Positions 50,721 through 62,066 of a DNA stretch of 64,000 nucleotides are shown here, in pieces (the stretch's first letter is position 1; each line of letters starts with the position of its first letter). Position numbers and translations under genes: made by a program. The stretch is taken from assembly GCA_965153285.1 (NCBI GenBank), contig OZ229112.1, one strand, 5' to 3'. This stretch comes from Podarcis tiliguerta. Taxonomy: Eukaryota. The notes beneath the pieces were generated by a model. That model was not told the DNA's origin and made no database searches. It saw only the letters and a list, made by a program, of their open reading frames with translations.

Positions 50721-51546
50721 TAGAAATGGTCTTAGGAAACAGAGGGGCTTCATTTGGGGCGTATTTGGAGCTTGAGCATCCCATGGAAAACTGTGGGGTG
50801 GCAATATAGTTCCAGGTGCAAAACAGAGGTGGGGAATACTATCCCTACTGACGACATGGCTCCTGTTGGAAATCAGTCATACACCTGAGCCATGAGGGAC
50901 CAGTAGCTATTCGGACTAGTGTGGATTGAGTGATTCGAGCCTGTGCCCACAGAAACTAGTATGAACCTCCAAATGAGATGTTTCTCCAATGCAATTCAGC
51001 TCATCCAGGAATTGCATCTGATAAATTAACCGTTTTCCTCATGGAGAGAGTTTGGGGTTTTCCAAGTTTCCCATTTGAGGGAATTCATAGTTTCACCACC
51101 ATGACTTTCCCAATCAGGGGCCATCTCTACTCTTATACTTTCCAATACTCCCACATGCACACATCTAAGCAGGTGTTTATTCCCATATCCATAGCAAGTA
51201 AATTATCCAAATAGCCCAAAATAAAGGCCACCAGGGAGATAGAAGACCCAAGCAAAGGTCAGAAATGTGCCAACAGGCAATCAGGATCAGATTTTTAAAA
51301 ATCCTTTCCAGACCCCATTAAAAGCAAGCAGCCATAGCCCAGAGTCCTCCACCACAAAAGCTGTTGGCTGAGTATGCTACCTTCTGCCTGCCCGACTGTA
51401 CTAAGGCAAGGTAGAAATAGAATTTTTGTAGGTCCCACTCATGTCTCTCATTAGAATTCTCACAGGAGCCCATGGCCAAATCTCAGGTATTGTGAAACTA
51501 CAGGCAACTGCCACAAAACCTCCCAATACAAAGCCTGATCACTACA

Positions 51547-51687
51547 GCAGGTTTGTTTACCCTGTGGCTATGAGGATTCTGGATTCTAACTCCCATCAGC
51601 TCCTACCAGCATGACAAATGGGATTCAGGGATGCTGAGAGCTGAAGCCCAACAATATATTGGGGAACAAAAGCTAGCTACCCTTGAC
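51547..51687. mobile_element. Palindromic hAT MITE, degenerate
   Basis: CCTGTGGC...CTAACTCCCATCAGC...CAGGGATGCTGAGAGCTGAAGCCCAACAATAT. Confidence 0.55.
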
Positions 51688-52647
51688 CTACAGCAACACC
51701 CTCCCTCCCTGCAGACTTTACAAGAGTGTGTAGAAAAGGAGTCTTTTTTGCTAGAACCCATTTTTCTTCAAGAGCTATTTCTGCCTGCCATTAGGTGTGC
51801 ATTCTGCTCTTCTTATTTGCCTTTCTACTGATATGCAGTTCTTGCCAAAACCCTTCCAAACAAATTGAAGGTTAGGTGACTTGTTTCTTTAATGTCATCA
51901 GTGCATTAAACATTTTCTCTCTGCAAAATGAATTCTTCATACCTGTTCCGTGAACATTAATTTAGTTGAATTTGATAGTGAGAGCACAGTGACATTGTTA
52001 AAGTTAACGACCCAGTGGTTTACAAGACAAGACACACATCACACCAAATTGATTGCATTAATTGTTTTATTGAGTAACATCAACAAGAATGTGTAGTTCC
52101 CAATGTCCTCGAGCAAAGGCTGTGTGATTCCATTAATAGTGAGAAGTGTGTCCAAATTCATTAGGTAAGTGGCACTTTTTTGTTTATGAAATCTGTAGAT
52201 CTAAGTAACTAAAACTTTTAGCTTCAATACAATAAATACATCACATTATTCATCTCGCATCTCATCTTGCACTGAAAGGCTCATATAACTCCTGCATGCA
52301 AATTTGCTTGCTGTGGCAAATAGAATTTCTGTGTGTAATCTTCCAAATCAGGAAAATAAAGAGAAGCAAATACCACACTTCCTTAAATGAACTGTAGTGA
52401 ATATTATGGATCCAAAGATGTGTGTATGAACTCTGCTTGTGCAAGGGAGTCTTACCAAATTATCCCATGCTGCTACAGCCTCCCATTCCATACTGTTCCA
52501 GCATATCCACCAACCATCAATAATAGCTTTGGGGAGTGCAAGATGAGTCAGGAAAGCTGCCTTGCACACAAGGAGCACCAACCATATCAGAATGGAGAGA
52601 AGGCAACACAGGAGAACAGGATCAGGCCCACAGTAGCTCATATACAC

Positions 52648-52946
52648 CAAGGATCAATAACCTGTTGACCTCCAGATGTTGTTGGACTCCATTCCTATCA
52701 GCCTCTGCTAACATGGCCTGCTAACATGGCCAATGGTCAGGGGTGGTGGAAGTTATTGGGAATCGAGATATGGAGAGCCTTTTGAACTAGAGATATTGCT
52801 AAACTACAATTCCCATGAGCCCCAGCAAGCACAGCTAATGACCAGAGGTGATAAGAGTTATAGCAAGTAGCATCTGGAATACCAGAAGTTCCACACACCT
52901 CTTGTAGTCCATCAGCACTGGGAGGGCCCTAGGTTCCCTGGCTCTG
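52648..52946. mobile_element. hAT MITE interrupted by a second related MITE
   Basis: Outer left half 52648-~52755, inner copy ~52760-52901, outer right half TTGTAGTCC...GGAGGGCCCTAGGTTCCC at 52902-52946. Confidence 0.65.
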
Positions 52947-53469
52947 AAATATACAAATACATGTTTACACAAATGTATGTCAAGCACATTTAAGATGCCC
53001 CCTTTGCCAAGTAAACCGAGGAAGCCATGCTTGTAAAATTCCTTTCACTGCGCTGCATAATTTATAGCCCAGCGGTCACAAATTTTGGCTTCCCAGCACT
53101 TGTCAACCTCCCTGTATATGTAATCCGAGGCACACAATAGAAGCAAGTTTTATCAAGCCCCTAGTGGACTGTCATGCCAATGCAACTGGCAAGCCCATAG
53201 CCTGTTGCATGTCTTCTATAATACCTATATAAAGAGGCCAGAAGAGGTGTATCCATATAGAAGTCTGCCACCATTTCCCTGCTCCCACTGCATTCCGCTT
53301 CTCTTTTGTGCTCAGCCAGAAATTGATTCCTACACCTGCAATTTTAACCCAGGCAACTTTCAATGATGCAGCAGAGTTTGGAGACAATTCCAAGAAAGAG
53401 AAAGAGAGATCATTTCAGAAAAGGATCACAAACAGGAAATGTGCTGGCTGAATAGCAAGCCTCAGCTTG

Positions 53470-54430
53470 TGAACTAAAAATCCATCTCAGATAATTGACA
53501 TTTATTTGATTGAAACAGCAGGGTGCCCTCCATCACCATGGGAGGAGACCATATGGAAGAACAGTAAGAGTGGAGATAATGTCTGTCTGCTGAGTGTGTC
53601 AATGTGTTTAGAGATTATTCACAGGGCTCTAGGGATTCCTGTATGGTAATGTTTCAGCTAAATTGGAATCAGATTAATTGCTCTAATCTAATTGAACGAC
53701 AATGTTTATCAAATTATTGCTCATTCACCACATGATATTGCAGAGTCATTATTCTTTGAGTTGAAATAAATAATAATAATAATAATAATGAAAAGGATCT
53801 CTTGTCGTGCATCTGCTCAAGAGCTCTGAAAGATTGCTGAGCCCTACGCATGAGTGTTAATGTAGTTTATAACTCTATGAGGTAACAAATAAATTAGAGG
53901 CAAAAGGTTTACAGATGATAAATCTGCTGTCTTTCTGTGAAAATGCTTCTTGTTGCATAATGCAGCCCTAAGTTAATTAAACTGTTTTTGCAGAGCCGAG
54001 TTTCATTTCATTTTAAGTAAAGAATATTTCTTCTAAGAAAATTAAATGTTATTTTTTTGCAGCAAGCAGCATAAAAAACTAAATTAAAAAGGCACATTTT
54101 AGTTCTGCTACATTTAGTTTTATTCTGCTTTAATTTTCCTCCCCCCACCAAATGATACTTTCAAATTTTATTTTGTAAATTACTTTGTAGATAAATGTTG
54201 TTATAATTTTCCTGGAAACCTTCATTTAATTCCTGTGTCAGGTAGATTAAGAATCATGTAGCTGGCTGGGGTCGGTTGCTAACGACTTTAACATCTGGTC
54301 CTATGTAACACAGTGTCAGAAGAGAAATAAACATCACCTCTCTGAAGCTGCTGTTGGTATTTCAACAGAAGCCTCTGTTGGGGCCAATTGGAGCTTGCAA
54401 ATAGCAGCTTAAGAGAGGCAGGAACGCTCT
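53470..54430. promoter_or_regulatory. Putative conserved non-coding element / enhancer block
   Basis: No recognisable transposon sequence. Dense TAAT/ATTA, TAATCTAATTG, ACAATG and GATA motifs. Conservation is inferred, not tested. Confidence 0.35.
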
Positions 54431-55114
54431 CCAGTACCCATTATCCCAAGGCTGTTCTGGTCTCCCTGTAGTTGCTATTTCCTACACTTTCTTTTTTAAT
54501 GCACATGAATTGTATTCATGCAATAGACATCATATCAAGTTTGCACTAGTTCAGCTCACAGATAACAGGAAAACATTGACATGTTTAGGATTTGTTGCCT
54601 CAGTCTGTGTTCAACTGCAATCAGGAAGGATGGCGTTTCCCTACACTTTGAGATGTGTGTCAGAGCCTGAGTGGAAGAAAAATGACTTGGGGAAGAGGTT
54701 GCAAGATGAAAACAGCAACCAGAGGCAGGGTTCAGGCAAACCACTTCTGCAATGGGGATTGACTCCACTGCCTTAAAGTGTTGGTCAGCATTCAAAGATG
54801 TAGTTCAGAGGCTGTCAAATTTGACCCTCTGGTATTCAAGATCAACAAGAAGCCCAAGCAAAACTATCCTTTCCCCCACCCTCTTTAATCACCAACACCT
54901 ACCACTTAGTGAGTATTGAGTCAGGTTGTATTCTTAAACATAGCTAGCTTTGTCTCCTGCCCTGAAAATGTATCCCCACCCCAGATGTTACATGTGAAAA
55001 GGATGTTGTCATTATCTTGAATTCAAAGGTGCCCTCTGAGTCACAGAAAGCCTCTTCCACTCATGAGACTATTGTTTCCAATCTAGAAGAAGAGTGTTGC
55101 ATGAGAGAAAACTC

Positions 55115-55185
55115 ACCAGCTTTACATAGAGATGCTAGGGATTGAACCTGAGAGCTTTTGTATGCAAAGCAGATGCTGTATCCTC
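55115..55185 (-). mobile_element. tRNA-derived SINE head fragment
   Basis: Reverse complement AGCATCTGCTTTGCATACAAAAG..CAGGTTCAATCCCTAGCATCTC. Confidence 0.7.
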
Positions 55186-55264
55186 ACAGGAATACTTGTA
55201 CAATAACTTCTAAAATGTGCAGGGGGGTTTTCAATAACTTTTTACCGCCCACTAAAGTGGGTAG

Positions 55265-55372
55265 TTTGGCCAAACTGCGGGAGGCAGTGGAAGACAGGAG
55301 TGCCTGGCGTGCTCTGGTTCATGGGGTCACGAAGAGTCGGAAACGACTAAACGACTAAACAACAACAACAAC
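55265..55372 (+). mobile_element. 5'-truncated Bov-B (RTE) LINE 3' end
   Basis: Encodes LAKLREAVEDRSAWRALVHGVTKSRKRLND*, the Bov-B ORF C-terminus. (CAA)n tail. Perfect 11-bp TSD AAAGTGGGTAG at 55254-55264 and 55373-55383. Confidence 0.93.
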
Positions 55373-55451
55373 AAAGTGGGTAGGCCATAGTCAAAATCTG
55401 TCTCACCATGTTTCTTATACTGTGATGCAACTCACTACAAGGAGCCTTCTA

Positions 55452-55713
55452 CAGTCAAACCTCGGGTTACAGACGCTTCAGGTTGCATTTTTTTCAGGTT
55501 ATGGACCCACCGAATCCCAGAAGTACTGGAACGGGTTACTTCCAGGTTTCAGGGGTCACGCATGTGCAGAAGCGCTAAATCGTGCCTTGTGCATGCGCAG
55601 AAGTGCCAAATCGCAACCCGCACGTGCACAGACGCGCCGCTGTGAGTTGCGAACGCTGTGGGATGGGAACGTGCATCCCGCACAGATCACATTTGCAACC
55701 CAGGCGTCCACTG
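55452..55713. mobile_element. Tc1/mariner MITE, 262 bp
   Basis: TA|CAGTCAAACCTCGGGTTACA...TTTGCAACCCAGGCGTCCACTG|TA. CpG-rich, with GCATGCGCAGAAG-like internal repeats. Confidence 0.85.
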
Positions 55714-55856
55714 TACTTACTAGTGCTTGTGCAAGTGTTCAGAGAAGAGCACCAATATACAGTATTTCAGTCTTCCACTCATGGTGCTTCACATCCTAGT
55801 CACTGAAAAAGGAGTTTGCCTGAGGGGTACCAAGCAAAGGTTAGAAGTTAGGAGGG

Positions 55857-55898
55857 CTTGCTTTCAAAGACCATTCAGAAATGGTCTTTGAAAGCAAG
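55857..55898. repeat. Perfect inverted repeat, 19-bp arms, 4-nt loop
   Basis: CTTGCTTTCAAAGACCATT-CAGA-AATGGTCTTTGAAAGCAAG. Confidence 0.95.
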
Positions 55899-55899
55899 T

Positions 55900-56034
55900 G
55901 GTGAGGAATTTGTGACCCTCCAAATGTTGTTGGACTCCAATTTCCATTATCCCTGACAATTGGCCGTGCTGGCTGGGGCTGGTGGTTACTTGGAGACCAA
56001 CAACCTCTGGAGGGCCACAGATTTCCCCATCCCT
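55900..56034. mobile_element. Palindromic hAT MITE with eroded left end
   Basis: GTGACCCTCCAAATGTTGTTGGACTCCAA...CAACAACCTCTGGAGGGCCACAGATTTCCCCATCCCT. Confidence 0.75.
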
Positions 56035-57763
56035 ACCCTAAGAAACTTCTCTGCCTTTAGAGCAGTAGGTAATAGTGTCAAGATCTGTTTGGGAGGGATT
56101 CATGGTGTGCGTTTAATTTGCATTTATCATTTTTATGATGCACTCAGTTAACTTAAATATCTCATTTAAATACATTTTATTATTCATATTCTTTACACTC
56201 TTCACTGCAGTTATTTGGAAATGATTCAGAGTGGCTGCGGTAATATCTAGAGAATCATAACAGATGGCAGCATTGGGAAAACACATAGGAAGCCCATTTG
56301 TAGGCGGAAAATATAGCTTAATCTATTGTCAACACAGAAAAAGGAAACATTCTGCTGTGTAGATGACTTTGTCAGGCATCAAATTAAAAGATTTGCAAAC
56401 TAACATCAGAAGTGGCCTTTCTGAAGGAAGGGATTACTTGAATCTTATTACTTACTTTAAATTACTTTTAGCGTTAGAAATGCACAGCAAGCTTTTCAGA
56501 CTTGTGAGGCAGTAAAGGGTAGTCCCTGATGCAACAAGCCTTAAGCAAAATCTGATTTCAGATCAAACAAGCACATCACCACATAGGATGGCGGCAGCCA
56601 CCCTTGGGGTCAAGCCTTAAAATGCCAATGACAGGATATGACACAACACAGCTTTATCTTGTTTTCAAATGAAGGTCAGTTGCTACAGCTCTAGCTCCAA
56701 CATTACTAAATTTAGCCCTTGATAAAGACTACAACTGCCCTGTTGTCTTTTGGGGGGGGGGGAATTACAGTACTGGTCTTTCTTAGCCAATCATATCCAT
56801 TGGAGGAGAGGAAATGGAATGATAGATTGTTAAGGATATTAACAGCTAAAGATGCTTCCCTTTGGTTCAGCAGCTTCCTGTATACTAAGGCAACAGCCCC
56901 CAGACTCAAGAATCCTCAAGTGGCTTAGTTCACATACAAAACAATCCTATTTATCTATACACGGAAGTAAATCATGCATTCTTCAATGGGAACTGCTCCC
57001 GTGTAAACAGAGATAGGTCAGAAGGAATACCTTCCTCAGCACACCTTTATGAGCAGGTGATAAATGCTTCTGGGAAGTACAGCATGTGATAATGTACAAC
57101 CCTACTCTCAACTGCATGAACTTTCTTCATAAATTTTGTATATTTAAATTCGCTTATACAACAGACAATGACACATTGTATTAAAAGTTTGCTTTGCTTT
57201 GTTTTTTTAAAAAAGGCTGCAATATGTACGTATTTTCAGTTTTGCTATAATTTCCTGTTTCAAAAATAAAACTTAACCAGTGCTGTGTCTTGGGAAATAT
57301 AACTACTCAACTGAACTGAAAGATTCCATATAGCCATTCCAATCCATCTGCTAAAAATATATTGGTACCTATGTTTTTTAAAGTCCATCTCATTATTAAA
57401 CCAGCAAGATGGCTCTAATCCCATTCTATGCGCATGACTATACATTATAATTTGGTTATATTAAGATGTAACTCATGTTCAAATATGATAGTACAAAGCA
57501 TTCCAAGTCTGAATACTGTAAACTGAAGGATGCAGGTGAAAGGCTAAAGCTATGTGGGAAAACTATGGGAAACAGCAATAAATAAAATATGCTATGATCT
57601 TGTCTATTAAATTTTCAGTTTAACCCTATTTTTTACAGTTGTATTAACAAGCCCCTGAAAACAACATTCTAGGAAACCCTCCTGCTAGGATATTGAACCA
57701 CTGACCTCAACTGAACAATCTGGGAAAATTCAGGTTATATCCTATGTTAAACTCACCATTAAA

Positions 57764-57989
57764 CAGTGGTACCTCAGGTTAAAAACTTAATTTGTTCTGG
57801 AGGTCCATTCTTAACCTGAAACTGTTCTTAACCTGAGGTACGACTTTAGCTAATGGGGCCTCCTGCTGCCGCCACGCCGCCGGAGCACGATATCTGTTCT
57901 CATCCTGAAGCAAAGTTCTTAACCTGAGGTACTATTTCTGGGTTAGCGGAGTCTGTAACCTGAAGTCTCTGCAGCCCGAGGTACCACTG
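57764..57989 (-). mobile_element. Tc1/mariner MITE, inverted copy of the 25031 family
   Basis: CAGTGGTACCTCAGG...CCGAGGTACCACTG|TA. Reverse complement aligns end to end with 25031-25259. Confidence 0.9.
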
Positions 57990-58119
57990 TAATTCAAAAA
58001 GGAAGACACCTGTATTTTCTGCCTCTGTGTGTCTGGTGTGGAGTAAAATAAATAAATGAAAGAAAACCTGTTTTTGAATTGATTTGCCCTTTGTCACTGC
58101 CACAGATATGTTTTCCAAG

Positions 58120-58800
58120 TTATGACAGGTAGTTGTAATTCTATTAACAGCTCATCAACTTCCCTGTGAAATCGATCTAGGTTGAGTTAGCTGAGTCTTC
58201 TTAAAGGGGCTGATTTATAGCTTCTGCCAGTTTTAAAGGGCGGGGGGAGAAAGAAGCACTTCTGCCTCCACTGTAATCAAAGCGCCCAAACAATGTCTGC
58301 AAATGAATAACTTTTAGCCCTTACTGCGGGTTGTCTTAGTGGCAGGTGAGCTATGACCTAGGGCTGGCAGTTTTGCTGAGAGGCCTGCTGATGCTGGCAT
58401 GTATAAATGATTGTCAATTTCCTTTATTAATTTATCTTGCCACCTCATGTATAAATGAGAAGATTTCATTCCCCACCAACACCTTAAACGTCTCCAGCAT
58501 CAATCTACCATGTTTGCCTAATTTGCAATTTTGCACCATGCTGCACAAGCAGTCAGATATGGAGAACTGCAGAAAATACATTTCGATGCCTGTCCTTTCA
58601 TGCATATTGTAAATGGGGGCACACAGGTGAATTTTCAGTTGACAGCACTTTAGTTAAGGTCATGGAAAGAGGTTATCATAATACTTCTTTTTATTGAGTG
58701 ACATCAAGAGGAGGGTAATGAATCACAGTGATGCAAAAGCCATCTCTGAATTTTAAGAAGTAGCTACTTGTGTTGCATTAATTAATTAATTTTCAAGAGA
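58120..58800. promoter_or_regulatory. Putative enhancer / CNE block
   Basis: No recognisable repeat. ATCAAAG (TCF/LEF) at 58276, AACAAT (SOX) at 58289, TGCAAAT (POU-like) at 58298, plus several TAAT sites. Inferred only. Confidence 0.35.
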
Positions 58801-59004
58801 TCAAGCAAATTGTTCAGCTTTTTTTTTTAAGACAGTAGGCAAATTATTCATCTTCTCTTTACTGATAAAATATTCAAAATACTAATCTTAGCTTCAGCAA
58901 CCGAAACTACAGGTTGCACATCCAGTGCAAAGTGTCATTTGATCCTTAGATACTCATAGATCTGCAGGGACTAGAATGATTTAAAAGTGGGTGGAGTACT
59001 GTGT

Positions 59005-59077
59005 GTTGAGATTTCTGTATTTAAGAGACTGGATGGCCCTCAAAGTCCCTTCCAATTCTACAGTTCTATGATTCTAT
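59005..59077 (+). mobile_element. CR1-type extreme 3' end
   Basis: GACTGGATGGCCCTCAAAGTCCCTTCCAATTCTACAGTTCTATGATTCTAT, the canonical CR1 terminus with ATTCTRTG-type octamer repeats. Confidence 0.8.
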
Positions 59078-59728
59078 CTATATGGATCTAGTGGGCTCTA
59101 CAGTGGGCTAAACTAGGATATTAAATGTATCCAGAAGGGTTTCTCCTTTACACATGAGAACACACTATTTGTTGGTGCCTGTGTTAGTTATATTGTACCT
59201 TGATGAAAAGCCTCAAAACCTCTAGGTCTCCAAATAGCTTGAGGAGAGCATGTGTCAGCATTAAGCACACAAACTTTTGGCTTTACTACTACCCCTCTGT
59301 ATACTGCAGTGGCACAAATAGGCTATTAAACCAATTTAATCAGTCAACAGACAATTTGCCCAGCCTGGGGAATCCCCAAATTGTATTGGGGCAATATGGG
59401 ATTTGGCTGTTTAATTCAAATTTATGGCCCATTTTCACTGGCTTAAATAAGGGCAAGCTTTTCCACAACTCATGTTGTGCTGGCTTGAAATACATTGCAC
59501 TCTTTCTCCTAAAAATTACCGAAAACTCATCTTCTAAATAGCATTGAGCCCAGAGGAGAAGATCTATAAAGGTTACCAAGCTGGAATACAATGTCTTCTA
59601 ATATGAACCAAGAAAGTCTTTAAACAGTTACCCATAGGAAATCAGTTCAAACTCCTAATTAAAAAGAACTATCAATCCCCTTTCTTAATAGAGCTTTTAT
59701 CACAGGGGTGGTCCCCCCCCCCCTTTAA

Positions 59729-60390
59729 TTGAACATAAGGAAAGGGATCAAAAATAAAACTGCCAATATCAAAATGCCTTTAAACAAGTATGTGGAGCAA
59801 CTACCCTTGGAATACTTTGTACAGTTCAATTGCAGCATCACAAAAAGAATGCTGGAAAAGGTCCAGGAAACTTTCCACGAGAATGGAGCAACTCCCCTTA
59901 CAAGGAAAGGGTTAAGGTCTTTGGGACCTTTTAGTTCAGAAAAAGGGCAAGTAATCAGCAACACAACAGAGGTTTACACAAATATTTATGCTGTGAGGAA
60001 AGTTGATCATAGTAAAGTTCACGCTCCCTCCTTCCCACCATCTCACAATATTAGAACCCAGGGTCACGGAATGAAGCAGAAGGATTAGAGATCTGGGACA
60101 TACAAAAGTACTATTTCACACAGCACATTTTTAACCTATGGAATTTGCTACCACAAAATGTGGTCAAGGCCATCAACTTGGGTATCCTTAGAAGGAGATT
60201 AGACAAATTAATGCAGCTATCAATGGTTACTACTCAAGATGGCTATACATGACCTCCAGGACCAGAAGAAGTACGGTATGTTTCTGATGTATCAGTTGCT
60301 GAGGAACAGCAGCAGGAGAGGGCAATTGCCTTTATCTCCTGTTTGTGGGCTTCCCAGAAGCACCTGAAACACAATGCTGGACTCAATAGC
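59729..60390 (+). mobile_element. CR1 LINE 3' fragment (ORF2 C-terminus and UTR)
   Basis: IRKGIKNKTANIKMPLNKYVEQLPLEYFVQF...LEKVQ...GLRSLGPFSSEK...EVY matches CR1 [29 protein letters not shown]. Followed by an NLWNLLPQNVV-like stretch and the 3'UTR. Confidence 0.9.
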
Positions 60391-61888
60391 CCAGGGGTGA
60401 GGAGCATTAACTTAAGACTATCAAGTGTTGCATTCCCTTAGGGGAAATCTGCCAGGGGCTGAATGCTGGTAGTGGCCAGTGCTGAAGCCTATGGTGGATG
60501 GGGCCGCAGTCAAAGGTAAATTAGAATAGACCATTCCTTCCTCCCACTTCTTACTGCAATTCTTTCTTTCTTTCCCCCGCCCACTTCTTTACTGGACATA
60601 CTGCTTTTGCTAGAGCTCTCAAGTGATCAGCTGTTGATAGCTTTTGAATGTTAAGTTTGCTTCCACCTGAAATCAGGTTGACAGCAGCAGAGTACCCATC
60701 CCAGATATAGCCTCTGGTTGCCTACATCTGAGGTAGCTTTATGTTCTTATGGCTTCTACTCATTTATATTTAACAAGTCTTGCTTTAAATTCAGTAGCAG
60801 GTAGCAGAAAGAAGAGCCATCAGTTACCTGACCTCCTGTCCCCAGCATCCCTCCACTTATCAGAGGTGGTGTGGCAGTCATCCCTGTGCAAATGCTTCAA
60901 TGGAGCCGACCCAGCATTCTCGGCGGTGCATTTGCACTGTACTGGCTGGCCCACTGCCTTGCCCATCTTCCTCTCCCTTCTGGTCAGTCCAGCAACACTG
61001 GTCATAGGAGGTTAGGTAAGAATCACCTCTGCCACCTCTACTCAAATATATAATAGTGAGGAGACTCATTCAGTGCTCCTTGGTGTGGGAATACAGATGT
61101 TTTATAGGTTAACAAAAGTGCCTCTATTTGCATCTTTGAAATGTTGGAGGGCCTGAGGTCCAAGCTGGAAAGCTTATGTCAAAAAGTATTTCCCTGATAA
61201 GATTAGCTGAGATTCCCAATGGCAGTAGAATCAAATAGGTAAGGCCATTCTTCTTACTTAGTTGTATCCACCTCAAGAGTAGACCTCTTCAAACTGGTGT
61301 GCTGACTAACTTGAATGCACTGATTTCAGTGGACCTGCACTAAAATATGGCTTAGTTGGATACAGACCCTCTGTCTTCTTCCAGGCTTGTTTCAATCAAA
61401 AGGCCATATACCCTGATGCATATTATCATTCAAATTGTACCTGAAACTTAATTATACTCTCTTGTTTTTATTAATTCCATATCTGTGAGATGTACACCTA
61501 CACAAATATTATGCTGTGCTATTAGTTGGTGAGCAAAACAACATAATTAAGATGTATAAAAACATCCTCCATTGCAAGTAAATATTTTCTTTTTAATTAT
61601 ATTATTACCTGGTTTTATGCGACTAATTACTGGAATTTGTTATATAATTGACTCAGTAAGGGGAAAAATTATCCAAGCAGCACCGCTTCAAAACAGCATG
61701 AACATGGTAATAGATTCCAGTAATTTTAATCTAACAACCTATGGGTCTGTGTAGAATTTAGTATGCTCACAAGTTTAGTTTATCATATTCAAATTAAATA
61801 TTAATCGATGCCTAGTTCCTTTGGGAGACGGTTACTGCAAAAGATAAAGCAATTCTGTTGTAATGATAGACTCTACATTCATATAAGA

Positions 61889-62066
61889 AAGGTCGTAGCT
61901 CAGTGGTAGAGCACATGGTTTGCATGCAAAAGGTTCTAGATTCAGTCCTGGGGTCTCCAGATAAGGCTGGACAAAATCCTTGGAATGTCGCTTCCAATCA
62001 GTGTCAACTATACTGAGCTAGACAGACCAATGGTCTGACTTGGTGCAAGTCAGATTCTGAGGTTCA
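61889..62066 (+). mobile_element. tRNA-derived SINE, CR1-tail family
   Basis: GTCGTAGCTCAGTGGTAGAGCACATGGTTTGCATGCAAAAGG...TACTGAGCTAGACAGACCAATGGTCTGACT. Confidence 0.85.

Noticed and set aside
50482-50784. ORF starting MGCSSSK, which resembles a myristoylation/palmitoylation motif
   Set aside because: It overlaps a probable decayed L2 RT (VLGSMLFSLHT in an adjacent frame) and has no other gene evidence.
55422-55806. 125-aa ORF
   Set aside because: It runs through a GC-rich mariner MITE; low stop density explains its length.
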